The notes beneath the pieces were generated by a model, which worked only from the letters and a program-made list of their open reading frames with translations, searched no databases and had not been told where the DNA came from. Positions 1-13,273 of a DNA stretch of 64,000 nt are shown here, in pieces (the stretch's first letter is position 1; the number at the start of each line of letters is the position of its first letter). This DNA comes from Octopus vulgaris (Eukaryota): NCBI GenBank assembly GCA_951406725.2, contig OX597818.1, positions 67,022,001 through 67,086,000 of the forward strand. The letters are read 5' to 3'. The position numbers were made by a program, and so were the translations under genes.

Positions 1-560
1 TACAAAATACAAATCCCAGTCTTGCTTAAATGTAGAGCATATTGCTAGATAACTACAAGACGGTTCGATTATTACTTAGTTTCTGATTATTTCGTTTCAT
101 TGGTCCAACTTAGAATATAATGCATTTGTTACCTTGTGTCAATAGCAATCATGCTATGAAGTTTCAATGAAATTTATTGAATATTTTTGCAAAGGAGAAG
201 AGGCATATCTAACTATGGATTAATTGAGAAATATAGTTGTATTCCAAAATACAGAGATATCAAAAAATGCGGGAGACTCAGTGAAAATATAAGCTCTAAA
301 ATAATTGGATATCTCTTACAACGAATAGAATAGGATTTCAAAATTAGGTGAATACAGGCCAAGATGGGGTGTCAGTTAAAATAAAAGGAAAAGTTTTAAA
401 ATGTCATCGTAGTAGCAGATGGATGAATTACCTGTTGGGTCAATAGAATCGACGTGGCAATATGGAACTGTGAAATGACAAGAATATATGTATATAGAAA
501 TAGAGAGAGACTTACACATGCATAAATGTATTTAAATGCATCTCTCTCTCTCTCTCTCTT

Positions 561-601
<41 letters not shown>

Positions 602-607
<6 letters not shown>

Positions 608-1057
608 AGGGAAGAAATGGAGCCGAACGAAGATTCTACAAAATTCCTTTTTATTATTTTCTACACATGTTTCAAAGGCTGCAAATTCCCAAATTCGGAT
701 TGAATAAGGAGACCGTTTTGTTCGAAAAGCTTGCTGCGCATTTGTTTTGAGATTTTAAATTCCTGGATTTTCCTGAAGAGAAAGCTGCAGAATGGTCTCC
801 TTATTCAATCCGAATTTGGGAATTTGCAGCCTTTATGTGTAGAAAATAATAAAAAGGAATTTTGTAGAATCTTCGTTCGGCTCCATTTCTTCCCTTCACT
901 AAATATATAACACTTCAATTATCCGCGCTAAAGCACGCGGGCGAAACCCCATGGTCGTAACCTCAACCGTGTCTTTTCTGGTGTGATTTTTGCTACACAG
1001 GTATCGGTTAAATTGTGAATAATCCGTAACTAGATAATTCATTTATCCATTTCATTA
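602..1057 (+). mobile_element. Non-coding PLE pseudo-LTR-like element with inverted duplication and broken hammerhead, inserted in (TA)n
   Basis: Near-perfect inverted arms at 602-720 and 788-901, flanked by (TA)n. HHR at 768-846: ttttc-CTGAAGA-gaaagctgcaga...tttgcagccttt-[GAAAC deleted]-atgtgta-gaaaa. The inverted arm retains GTTTC at 669-673. Confidence 0.75.
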
Positions 1058-1087
1058 TATATATATAAATATATATATATATATGTA

Positions 1088-1652
1088 CAGACGTGCAGGA
1101 AGTAAATAGATAACTTTAATTTTCAAAATATCTGATCTTAATATGTTTTTAGCGCTGTGGAATTTACAATGTAAGTATTCTTTTTCATTCCAGGTGCCAG
1201 TATATTAAGTATCTGCGAAGAGTAACCGTGCCACGCACAGAAAATTCAGTAGAACTGTCACATTTGCAAAGAGGTTGTATTGTAGGACAATCTGAGACTG
1301 GTCTTAGCCAGCGTAAATTGTTGAAAATCCTCAAATTTCTATTGCTACCGTTAATAGAATGATAGTGCAATTCAAAAGCGAACGGAATGGATCAACAGAT
1401 GCTCGTCCCGACCGACCTGCGCCCTAGGAATGGAAGCTTCGCTGTTTGAAGAGAATTGCGGAAAACTAACTCCATTCAAAGGCTTCTGACATTGCAAAAC
1501 AGCTAGAATTTAGTCGAAGAACGAGTGTTGCATATTTCCATTAGCTAGAGTATTATGGACGGACCCCTAGAAGAAAAACTCTCCTTCAACCAGTTTATAT
1601 CAAATAAAAGATTTTGAAAATTAAATGTGTCTTTTTACTTCCTGCATGTTTG
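1088..1652 (+). mobile_element. Internally deleted Tc1-like DNA transposon
   Basis: TIRs cagacgtgcaggaagtaaa / tttacttcctgcatgtttg, with TA on the left. The interior reads PRTENSVELSHLQRGCIVGQSETGLSQRK, resembling a Tc1 N-terminal HTH. Catalytic domain absent. Confidence 0.75.
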
Positions 1653-1735
<83 letters not shown>

Positions 1736-1874
1736 TATATTAATATTAGGGAAGTTATTTCCGAGGTCCACAGGGAAGAGAATTTCAGTTTAGTGGTATT
1801 CAAATGAGTTACTCACTGTATTATATACATACATATATATATACATACATATATACATACATATATATATATAC

Positions 1875-1960
<86 letters not shown>

Positions 1961-1964
<4 letters not shown>

Positions 1965-2657
1965 TAAGCAATAAAGGGTTTAGCAACGAATTGCCTTACC
2001 ACAGACCGAATTTAGAAATAGCAGTCAAAGAGTTATAGCTATTTCTTCTACTAAAGGGAGATCTCAGTAAAAACACAGCAATTGGAAGGCAGACACAAAC
2101 AGGTAAGAGAGAATGAATTGACGGCAATCTATCATACAATTTTAAGTTATCTACGGACGCACGTTTCGAAATCAAGTTTTTAGGAAAGCATAAGAATTAA
2201 ATATTAAATAATTCTACCTTACCCAAACTTCTTTTCTCTTCAGCGTAGAATACTATAATCATAAATGATTATATATTGAATTTTGAGATACTAGAAGGCA
2301 CCAACTCAACTCAGTATCAGAGCGAGCTAGAATCCGCAACTAGTACCACCAAACTCAAAGTGTGAATGAAAAGATTGTGTCACCAGCCCCTTCCCACCCG
2401 CGTGTAGCCAAAACAAGATGCTGTGGTCATCTACTGAGATAAAATATGGTTATCCGTAATAATGAAGGGTGAAATTAATTAATTTGGAATAATTATCAAT
2501 TACACCAAGTAGTCTTCGGCATGTAAAAGCCTCATTCGAGGAAAATTTAAGTAATACTAAGCAATAAAGGGTTTAGCAACGAATTGCCTTACCACAGACC
2601 GAATTTAGAAATAGCAGTCAAAGAGTTATAGCTATTTCTTCTACTAAAAAGGGAGAT
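1961..2657 (-). mobile_element. Retrozyme/PLE pseudo-LTR-like non-coding element with ~100-bp terminal direct repeats
   Basis: Direct repeats at 1961-2062 and 2554-2657 (period ~593 bp, nearly identical), flanked by TA tracts, with an internal intact hammerhead and no ORF. Confidence 0.8.
2150..2249 (-). ncRNA. Type I hammerhead ribozyme, canonical core
   Basis: Minus strand: tctacg-CTGAAGA-gaaaagaagttt...aaacttgatttc-GAAA-c(gtgc)g-TC-cgtaga. Perfect 6-bp stem I, long stem II, minimal stem III, GUC cleavage triplet. Confidence 0.85.
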
Positions 2658-2959
2658 ATATATACATAGGTTTAAGAGACAGAAATAATCACCCTCAAGC
2701 AACTCAATCATCATTGAACGACAATATCCACGATAGATACATATAGGGGTAAATGTTAAACATTATTAGAATTAATATCTACAATTCTTATTCTAAATCA
2801 TATACATTACATTATATAAACTACGCGCGTTTCATGACAATATATTCCTCGCCATTGCTGAAATAGAATGTCTTGGAATACAATACCATATTAAAACGAT
2901 TATATTGCCAATATTCAGGTCTAGATGAAATGAACTTCTTTTGCAATATACATTCTATA

Positions 2960-4245
2960 TAAAGACATAACGAACGAAAATTATATAACTAGCAGTTGTC
3001 GGAAAACTTTTACTTTAGTAAATAAGGAACGTAAATGTGGAATAAATGTAGGAAAAAAGAAATGTTAGGAAAACATACAGATAAGTTAATACTTCCTTTT
3101 CCTAACATTTCCTGTTTTTCCTTTTTTTATTACACATTTCCGATCCTTATTTACTAAAGTAAAATTATTCTCAAAGGCAAATTGCTCAGAAGAGTAAATG
3201 TTCTCGATGTGCAGTGCAAACGACCCTCAAGCGCTTCAGAGAGACAAAACATGTGATAACAATACAAAGAACACATAGAAAAAAGGTTATATCACTTCAT
3301 GATGACAGATCCATCATCTGTCAGTCGCTGAGAAACAGGAGGAAAACATTGTAGGAGTTCTGTGCGGACTTCAACGAGGCAAGTACTTCACAAATATCAA
3401 CCAGATCTGTTAGAAGAAGGCTTGTAAAGTACGGTCTAAAGGCTGTAAAGCTAGGAAGAAGCCATGGGTTTCTTAAGAGAATATAGAAAAAGGTTTTCAA
3501 TGGGCCCAAACCCACTCAAATACAACCAGTGAGCAATGGTCGAAAGTCATGTGGTCTAACGAAAGAAACTACGATGTAAGATAGTACATGTATTCAATCA
3601 ACATATAAACTTAATGTAACAGGTTTGCTGCCCAAAATATATGAAGAAGTATCCAACATAAAGTTAATATTTTTCATGTTTTTATTCAGGTTTTCGGTAC
3701 ATCTGGTTAAACGTACGTGCATCGCAGAGTTGGGAAGCATTTAAGGTTGAATGTCTGGTACCAACCGTAAAACATGGGGATGGTTTTATCATAGTGTGAG
3801 CCTGCACGTGTGCCATAGGACCCGGATAAATGTTCTTATGTCAGCGAAGGACATATTCCACTACCTATGTTTCTATGTTATCGGATGTTTTAGAGCCATC
3901 AGTTGATAAATTGCATCCAGGTGTGTCGAAAAACAGTGTTATGTTTCCACCGGACAACGCATCATGTCATACAGCAAAGAATATTCATCAATGTTTTGAG
4001 AGACAGAGTATTGTTTCCATGGACTGTCCAGCTCAAAGTCTCGATTTAAATCCAATCGAACGTCTATAAGGATCTCTTGGTGAAGCTATCAGGAAGATAA
4101 CTATTTGAAATAAAGAGGTTCTGTGCCAAAAGCTGAGAGAAGAAAGGAGTCAAATTGTGTCTAGCACCTGTAAATATCTAGTTGATTGACTTCCTAACCG
4201 TATAAAAGCAGTAATTAATGATAAATGAAGATCGACCACAAATTA
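2960..4245 (+). pseudogene. Decayed Tc1-like DD34E transposase
   Basis: Segments read YSQRQIAQKSKCSRCAVQTTLKRF, then VMWSNERNYD|VFGTSG, PTVKHG, and FPPDNASCHTAK...PAQSLDLNPIERL (34 residues between D and E). Stops and frameshifts present. TIRs not clearly found. Confidence 0.85.
3008..3164. mobile_element. Hairpin MITE-like insertion within the Tc1 5' coding region
   Basis: Ends are ttttactttagtaaataagga and tccttatttactaaagtaaaa, and the arms pair imperfectly over ~55 bp. It separates LAVVGK from YSQRQIA. Confidence 0.65.
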
Positions 4246-4483
4246 TGGTATATTATGAAATATACCATAATATACAATCATATATACAGCCTTGGTCAAA
4301 TGTATTAGCCACGGCTGTATATATGACTGCCCGCTGAATTCTACACGTTTTTTCTTCCCTCTCTAGTATTTTTCTCTTTCCTTTCTGATTAAAAGCATAG
4401 ACGGGTAAAATAAGAGACTTTTCCTTTTCCCAGAATATCATACTAATACACTTGCATGTTGTTCATACACCTGCCTTTGTCTT

Positions 4484-4528
<45 letters not shown>

Positions 4529-4837
4529 CATATATATATACATATATATACATACATATATACACATACATATATATATACTTACATATATATACATACA
4601 TAACCATGTTTGCTGTCACATGCTCTTATAATAAACACAATTTTACATTAACCTAAAGCGTTTCTGTATATTTTGTAGTGTAAAAATTAATATTTGTGAA
4701 ATAAGAATTTTCTTGACGTTAATTTTACCACTTCTGAGTTTCCGCTCGTTATGAAACATATATGACCCGGATTTTTCCTAGTCCATTCCGTAACTGTTGT
4801 ATACATACATACATACACACACACACATATATATGCA

Positions 4838-4868
<31 letters not shown>

Positions 4869-5052
4869 TAATACAAAAGTACAGACCACAACTTAATATA
4901 CAAACTTGACCACTTCAAAAATTATACTGAGGAGTTAGTCGTCCTCCTTGCCGCCTGTTACTTCCCTTCGTCCACTCTCTAGACTCATTCATATTTTTCA
5001 AGTATCCAGAATGACGAGACCCCTTTGAGAGAAGATTTGATTACTTCACAAA

Positions 5053-5093
5053 TCCCTTGAAAAGCTAATTTAAATAGCGAAAACCGGTTGGGT
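5053..5093 (+). ncRNA. Hammerhead-like motif, U3-A8 variant, in a short element between microsatellites (~4870-5110)
   Basis: ccc-TTGAAAA-gcta(atttaaa)tagc-GAAA-accggt-t-ggg, with palindromic ACCGGT stem III. Confidence 0.55.
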
Positions 5094-5108
5094 ATCACTA
5101 CATCCAGA

Positions 5109-5162
<54 letters not shown>

Positions 5163-5224
5163 AAAAAGAATTCTTTATACAAAGATATTAAACTATGTGA
5201 AACGAAGGCATTTCTTTTCCACCT

Positions 5225-5272
<48 letters not shown>

Positions 5273-8130
5273 GTGTGTGTGTCTTTGTGTGTGCGTGTGT
5301 GTGCGTGCGTAAGTGAGTGGGATGTTTAATATATTGCAAAACTGAAAGTTTAATACTATTACTTGGCCAAGGAGCAATCACAAATCTCTGTGTTGTTTTA
5401 CTTGAAGGAACTTCGGAATTAATATGCATTTCCATATATGAATTATATTCGATTGCTTATATCATACATATAAACACATATGAGTATTTATATAATATTC
5501 AATGAATATTTCTGTGTTTCTGAATGTAAATGTATAACAAGGAAACGATAGAGAATGATCTCGTTAAATTTGTTACGCTACATGTGTTCTATATTATAAT
5601 AGAAATAAAAGAAAATAGAGTGGATAATGAGTTAGGCATGTCGATGTCAGAATCAAAACAGAATGATAAATTAATCTTTACTGGCGATATAATCTTCGAT
5701 CTTTGAACAAGGAGTGGAAAGTTTAGGCAAGAAATGACGTTGTGTAAAATGATAAAGTTACGTATTAATTCTTATTTGCTTCTATTAAGGAGTCCAGTTT
5801 GACAGTTTGTATAACACTGGGCAAAAAATTCCGAAATCTTCGAATTGAAAATTGGTGTGAAATTTACATAACCTGCATTTGATGTTTCACGTCGTTAAAT
5901 ACTACACGACGGAAAATTCTGATTGGTCAATGAATGATTATGTTGGTGTTCTGTTGTTTTACAGGGCTGGTCATATTTTTTATGACTATATGACTAGGTT
6001 GTCTAACATGGCTACAAATCCAAGCAAGGTGCTGCGAATGTGATCAACACCTTGTAACTAACTCTTAATAATTTGAATCCATTGCCTCACACACGATGTA
6101 CTATCGAAAAAAATTACCATAGATATAATGTGCTTTTACATTAGGTGGATTTGGATATCCAATCAGCTGTGTTCGATAAACCTCATCTTAGTAATGCTAT
6201 TTTACATCAGAAATGTATATGTATTACCAAAAATCCTCTGGTCTGTATCGGTAGTATGATCACGTTTTGGGGAAATGTTATGAAACATTTCAATAACAGA
6301 AAAAATTATAACCATTTATTTACAAAATATTATTAAAAGTTTGCATTTTTTTTTAGAAAAATATTTTAATAAAATCAGTTTTATTGCAATTTACTTTACT
6401 TACCGAGGAGATAACAATATTGTACATATATTACGTGGAGAGCGAAAGAACATCGCTGTGAAATAAAACCGTTATATATTTTTACTTCATATTTACTTGA
6501 GTAGAATTAGCAAAACGCCCGGAGGACAGAATGACATTCGTACATGACAATTGTAACCAGGAAAGGTGTAGAGAGTGAGGAGGTAAACTAACACCTATTT
6601 CTAAATGATAAAATTTTAGTTGTATCTATATATCGCAGCTTCAGAATTATTCTCATCATTTTCCTTTAATAAAATTACACCCAACTATGTTCTAGCGCCA
6701 TGTTTTCAATATAATTCTATTATATAAATATTGACAGCAGTTAATATAAATCAGTATATGGTTATTTGCAATTAATAATAGTCGAAACCGTTTCTCTGCA
6801 TGCTGTGTTATGTGTAGAAAGAACGTTTAAAGCGATGCCACGTGATCAGGTCTTTTCTGACAATTGTTAACATAAAATAAATCATCGACATGAACAGAAA
6901 ATATCATAAATCAGAAAAAATACGTCCTTGAATTGGACCAACATTTGACAAAGCTGTATAACACTGGAATGTTTTGAACAGTAAACTTTCCTCAAAAAGA
7001 TGTGAATCTCGTAAAGGATTATGCTTCATGATATGTATTTACTGTTCTTTGTCAGATCATTATTTGTTATCCAAGACAGGATGATCTGGCTGTATTCCCC
7101 GATTTAATTCATCCCGGTAGGTCAAGTGAATTCTGAAATCCAGTGAGTAAAAATTATGTTTATTTACCTATACGAAATCATGGTAAATACCTCTTTTCTA
7201 ATTAATTTGTTGAGACTTGTATTATTATCTTCAATTCTTCCGAGTGATCTTTACATTATTTATCTCAAATGAAATTTCAATTTGAACTTTTCTGAGATAA
7301 GACAGTCTTATGTTCCTCAAATACTTATTGGCATAACATTGGGTATTTGAATAACCGATGGAATTATATTATAGTAAAGTTATTCCGAAATGATTCATAC
7401 AAATCAATGATGTATTTGCTTGGATGTTATATAAATGTAAAATCCTCTTCGATTATCTCAACATTTCATAGACTGAATAAGTTCTTTAAGGAATTCTAAA
7501 TAGGATTTTAAATTATTAAAGAAAGTTGTTATTAATTTCGTTTAGAAACTTGGTCAATGTTATTATAATTTCCTTCTGAGATCTAGTCATTGCCATTCCA
7601 CTTTACGGCTATGAAATCTGTTTTAATTGGTTATTTCAACACATTCAAAAGCTGATACCATGCAATAGTATAAATTCTTGAGTATAACAGTAAAGTATAT
7701 CTGCCAGCACGTAGCAGACGAAGGCTATGTTGGAAAGCTGAGCCGATGTGAACCATATAATCTTTAAGCAAATTAAAATCTAAAACTCTCATATATATTT
7801 TACTATTTCCCGAATGTTTATCACCTACAAAAGAAAGTAAATACGTATTTGCACATCATACCAGCTGTGACCTCACTCGCCTCGTAGATTAAAGCGGCGC
7901 ATTTTAATACTTTAATACACAAAGAATTCTAGGCATGTTTGCCAAATTTTTCCACTCACAGTTCTTCTGCCGAAAGGGCCTGCGAATCAATATTCTCACC
8001 GAAACTTGATTTTCTCGTCGACTATAACAAAATGCAAAGTACAATATAGAACGATGCTATTTATTTACGGCACTGTAAATTATGAGATCAAATACCACGA
8101 AGGAGAGCCTTCCATAAAGAACGTACAGAA

Positions 8131-8532
8131 TATTATTTTCTACTCCAGGCACAAGGCCCGAAATCTTGGGGGAGAGGGCTACTCGATTATATGTACCCCG
8201 GTACGCAACTGGTATTTAATTTGTCGACCCCAAGAGGATAAAAGGCAAAGTCGACCTCAGCGGAATTTGAACTCAAAATGTAAACACAGACGAAATACCT
8301 ATTTCTTTACTACCCACAAGGGGATAAACACAGAGGGGACAAACAAGGACAGACAAACGGATTAAGTCGACTACATCGACCCCAGTGCGTAACTGGTACT
8401 TGATTTATCGACTCAGAAAGGATGAAAGACAAAGTCGACCTCGTCGGAATTTCAACTCAGAATGTAAAGGCAGACGAAATACCGTATTAATTTCGCCCGG
8501 CGTGCTAACGTTTCTGCCAGCTCGCCGCCTTA
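8131..8532 (-). mobile_element. tRNA-derived SINE family A, dimeric copy
   Basis: Minus-strand head ggcggcgagctggcagaaacgttagc (A-box-like) and B box gagttcaaattcc-like, then central gcctttcatcctttcggggtcgataaattaagtaccag-like domain. Two units with different 3' tails. Confidence 0.85.
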
Positions 8533-9921
8533 GAACGAACAGAATATTGAAAGAAAAGGTAATTGACCACTTCCCATTCCTTGAAATTTCTATCATGTTC
8601 CTTACTAAAAAATAATTATTTATTGTCAGCTGGAAATCCTTCCATTTCATGCAAACCTGAATACTTTGATTGTGGTATTTCTCAAGGGATGCAAGCCACA
8701 AAAATACATCCAACACTGGCAAGTTACTGGATGTCTAAGTCACTGGTCCGTTTTACATTCTCGAAAAGAAATTCCATAGTAGAACCTTAGACCCAATTTT
8801 GGTTTTACTTTTATGTGTTAGTGTTCGGCAACTCCTGTAAGGAGTCCATTATGTCATCTTCAATTCTTTGATGTTGACTCTTGATTCGAATGAAAATATT
8901 TTGATCGTTACATCTACACAACCGTCATTATGTAAATAGGTCTCACATTTTCGTTTTGATCTTGAAGTTCACGAACACACACCAAACTCATCATACTTCC
9001 AAAATAGCTCTCAAATCACATCATCCTATCAGGAGAGCTGTCTTGGATCTTCCAGTAGCATGGAATTTCGTCAAGATTTCCATTCATTTATATATTTCTA
9101 GACATGCAAAGAAGACTGGATCAAATACTGTTGACTAGAAGATTTCCATTCAAAATTAACATGGAATAAATTGACAATACAGTCACTCGATTGATTAATC
9201 GATCAGTAAAATGCCCTTCTATTTAACAGTGCACTCACGCTCTTCACAAAATTTATGTTTTTCATTTTTATAAATTTTCTAACTCTATTCTTTATTGTCT
9301 TTCACTGTCATTATCCTGGTGTCTATTTCTTTAATGTAGCTAAATTCGTAGAACGAGCAGCGCCTTCATAACTGTACATTAACTATTTACTCTAAATTCC
9401 TCCCCATTAACTATGAGATTCTAGAAATCCATCCTGTCTCATTTCCTCCGAAACACGCACAACTAATTATAACCGGGTCATTAGTTAACAGCATCAGTAT
9501 TATAAATCTTGGATGAGGTACAGGAGTACAAGAGAGGTACAACTCTTTTTCTCTCACTCAACACAAATAGATATTCCATAATGAGGAACGGCAAAAAGTT
9601 ACAGCAGTTTTCAGCATATCTTCGTCCGTTGGAAGAAAAAGGAAAGTGATCCTCACATAAGACACTCAATCCAAATATTTGCCACAGAGTTCGCTTTGCT
9701 AAGGTTATACATGAAGCAGTTTGTGTTGTTGAAGCTAGTTTTATCTATTAGATATATAACAATATCAGATAGACACCACGAGCTTTTACAAAAATATGAA
9801 AGAGAAATATTAGTTAAATATGTCGATGAAAGGAATGGATTACAAGGACGTTTGCTGAACCATATTACGCTATACAGAGAACTATTAATCCCTATAAGTC
9901 CTTCAATATTCAGAATATTAA

Positions 9922-10130
9922 TATTCTTTTCTACTCTAGCCTCAAGGCGATAAATTTTGGGGGAGGGGGTAGTCGATTGGTTTGACTCCAGTATGACTTA
10001 ATTTATCAACCCCGAAAGGATGAAAAGCAAAGTCGACCTCAGCAGAATTTGAACTCAGAACGTAAAAACAGACGAAATACCGCTAAGTACTTTGCCCGAC
10101 GTGTTAACGATTCTGCCAGTTCGCCACCTT
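9922..10130 (-). mobile_element. SINE family A
   Basis: Homologous to 8131-8532 (gtcgacctcagcagaatttgaactcagaacg...gccagttcgccacctta). Confidence 0.85.
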
Positions 10131-10289
10131 ATTGAGAATATTGATATTGTCAACGGTGTAAGTACATAATGAATGATCTGAGTGCTCATTAACTATTGTT
10201 ATTCGAGCTATAATCCATAGTAAGATAAATTGGAAAATTACTATTTGTAAATCTCACAACGAGAGATGTTCAACAACAGTACTTTAGAG

Positions 10290-10494
10290 TAAAGATTGTT
10301 TGCCAAGATAACATGACAGTCCTGGTTTAGGATGAATGTTACTGAAATTTAGCCCCAGGAAACATCGTCTCCAGTTGGCTATATGACACGATCTATGTCC
10401 TTATATTTTCGAACAAGGGAATCTCCTGGGGCTAAATTACAGCAACATTCGTCCTAAACCAGGACTGCTATGTTATGTGGGCAAATAATCTTTA
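10290..10494. mobile_element. MITE with ~70-bp TIRs
   Basis: taaagattgtttgcc...tttagccccagga pairs with tcctggggctaaa...gcaaataatcttta. TA at both ends. Confidence 0.75.
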
Positions 10495-12694
10495 GTAGGA
10501 TAAATTGGTTTCTATGAATTTAACTAATAATGCGCTCGATAAATATATTCAGCAATATATTATATCAGAGAAGGAATTAAACTCGCATTTTATACATAAT
10601 TATATTAAGCTGATTGCTCGCTTGAAGCTACTAGTAAATGTAAAATGTAGCGCGATGTAAGCAGGGAATTTATAAATGTAGAAATTTTAGTTAAGCCTAC
10701 ATATAGAGTAAAACATTTCTGTACGTTACTTATAAGGATTGCAAACCATAAACCATAGATGTTACGTTAATTGATCCTAGATCAAGGATCAGTCAAAGAG
10801 ACTTGTACTGTATGATCATATGGAGTCTTTTGAATACGACAGTTACCAGATTAATCTAATCATGAAAAGTTCATCGTTGTTTCAAGATCATAAATATTCT
10901 TATAGACACGGTCACCCTATATGCGTTTGACGTAAACTCGATTACCTTATGGTAAGTTTACCTTGTTTAAGTCACCATTTCGATTCAAAAATGATATGAG
11001 CCTCATGTAATATGAATATGTTTCTGCTTCGTTAACAAGAAACAAATCAGTATTATTTTAACCTAGCCCAAACAACCCACAGCTGCAACAACAATTTTAC
11101 CCCACTGTCAAATTTTTACGTAAATCAAATAAAAATGATGCTTATAAAATAATACCGAGTTTTGTTAAAATAATATGAAACCTTGCGTATAATGAGTAAA
11201 ATCACGTGTGAGAAATCCCTTGTTATAAAAGAATAGATTAAGTTGCAGACGAAAACAACTTGAAACTAAATTTGAATTCAATACTCCAACGAATTCACTC
11301 CCACACTGTTGTGCATAATGTATCTCCATTAGTAATGATAGAAACCGAACAATACAAATAATGGCCGAATGTCATTAACTCTCCATGTCCTTCCATGGAA
11401 CACACTTAAACCGAGAATAACTCTATGATAATACCAATTTTTGTAATTTTCTCTCAGAATTTTTTTACTTCCTCAACAACAAATTCTATTAAACTTTGTT
11501 CAAGTTTGAATATTTATATTCGCAATATGTATTTTTTAGCATCTTTTGTTGTTATTTTTTCTTACTGTTTGTTTCTGGGTGGAGAACTGATATTTCGGCT
11601 TCGTGCTTTAATTTTCCTTCTTCGCTTACTACAGAAAATCTTTTTTTCAGGCCAGCATTTTCAGCATCACATCTATTTTTTGTACCACGAATAATTATTT
11701 AAAAGAACAATATGTGTATATATATAGAGAGAAATAGGTTAGCTGAAAGAAAGTAAAGCAAAAAAAACTACGCAAAGAACAGAGAGAGAGTTAATGCAGA
11801 TTATATCATTTTAGAACAATGTTCGCAAGAAGAAAAAATATTTCAAGATCGCATTGTCTATTTATTCATTTATTTTCGATTGTACATGTCAGCTTGTTTC
11901 ATTACACATTCTTCTTTCTCATAACAAGCCTCCTTTGTTTCATTTTCTGCGTATAACTATTGTCTGCATCTGTTGCAATCGGCTTACATAAATACACGTA
12001 GGTCTGTGTGTGTCTGTGTCTGTGCGTGTACGTGTGTGCGTGTGTGTATGAATTTGCATATATTTCCTTTTTTTCTTTCTATAGCACGGTATGGGTATAA
12101 TTACATATGCAAGACATTTTTGCTATCTTCAATGTAAAAGTTATTTGCGTTGTGTCCGTACACACACACACACATATATATATATCTATATGTATGTATA
12201 TATATATGTATATGTGTGTGTGTGTGTGCGCGTGTGTATGTGTTGAGGAAATTTGTGATATGATTAATATGTGAATAGATATAGAGTTATCTGAAGTTTA
12301 TCGCTATTTCGGTTGCATTGCAATAATAAAATGTATTCCCTGCATAATGTTTATTGTATTGTACAATGGAAGCTGGCTCTCAATTACCTCAACAATTACA
12401 CCCACTGCAATCAAAATGCTTGCAATACTGGATTTAGGAAAGGTTCACTTATTCCATTTCAGTTAATTGGCAAGTGAAAATGAAGAGTTAATATATAAGT
12501 TCGTTTTATACACTATCCAAACTGTAATCCGTACAGGAAGTCTCTGTATCTGCCTGTCTGTCTCTCTCCTTCACTCTCTCTCCTTCTCTCTCTCTATATA
12601 TATATGCATGTATGTGTATTTCTGTATATATGCATGTGTATATATAAATATGTGTGTGTGTGTGCGTGTGCACATACAGACACGTTTAGTATGA

Positions 12695-12890
12695 TTTATA
12701 TGTTGTGTTGAGTGCCTCATTCTTTCCATTGTCCTCTCACTCGTGTGGACCGTTGAAATCTACTATTGTTTTTCATTATCTCTCTGTATATTTTTTTGCT
12801 ATTCCTTTCTGTTGAAAAGTGTAGGCTCGAAACGTGAATGACATGACATTTTCACTTTCCCCAGTGCCAAACTAATACACTGTCTTGCCT
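12695..12890 (+). mobile_element. Short HHR-bearing element, CTGTTGA family (decayed)
   Basis: cttt-CTGTTGA-aaagtgtaggctc-GAAA-cgtg at 12805-12840. Downstream ...actaatacac... is shared with copies at 32790, 36235 and 57226. Confidence 0.6.
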
Positions 12891-13069
12891 TTAAATAACC
12901 ACTACCGTATACTTTATAACAAGGACCATGCATACTGAGGTAATACATCAGGTGTGCCTACGGATACATCTATCCGTCTAACTTTATATCTTACCCTATA
13001 TATATATGTATATATATATAAACGTATATATATATATGTATATATATGTATATATATATATATATATAT

Positions 13070-13273
13070 AATGTGACCTCGTGTGTACCGTTGGCGAATT
13101 TTTTCCTCTGTCTTCCCTTCTCTAGATCTTTCAGTCTCCCATGTTTCCGACGAAGAGCTCCGCTCGAAACTTTAAAGCCTCCTTCTTTCCTTCTTTCCTG
13201 ACCGTCCAATAATACTATATTTGTTCCACGTCCTCGCGTTGTTGTGTTTTTTGTGCTTTCTTGTTTTGGATTA

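Noticed and set aside
1170-1192. GTAAGT...CAG mini-intron in the Tc1 5' region
   Set aside because: Only about 23 nt, too short for a credible spliceosomal intron.
7062-7135. Possible minus-strand terminal exon (tttcag|...IHLTYRDELNRGIQPDHPVLDNK*)
   Set aside because: Short, no recognisable homology and no partner exons. Such acceptor-like sites are common by chance in AT-rich DNA.
8620-9120. Minus-strand KIGSKVLLWN...GP resembling a Gypsy/Ginger integrase C-terminus
   Set aside because: Single weak motif with stops, no DDE core or LTRs seen.
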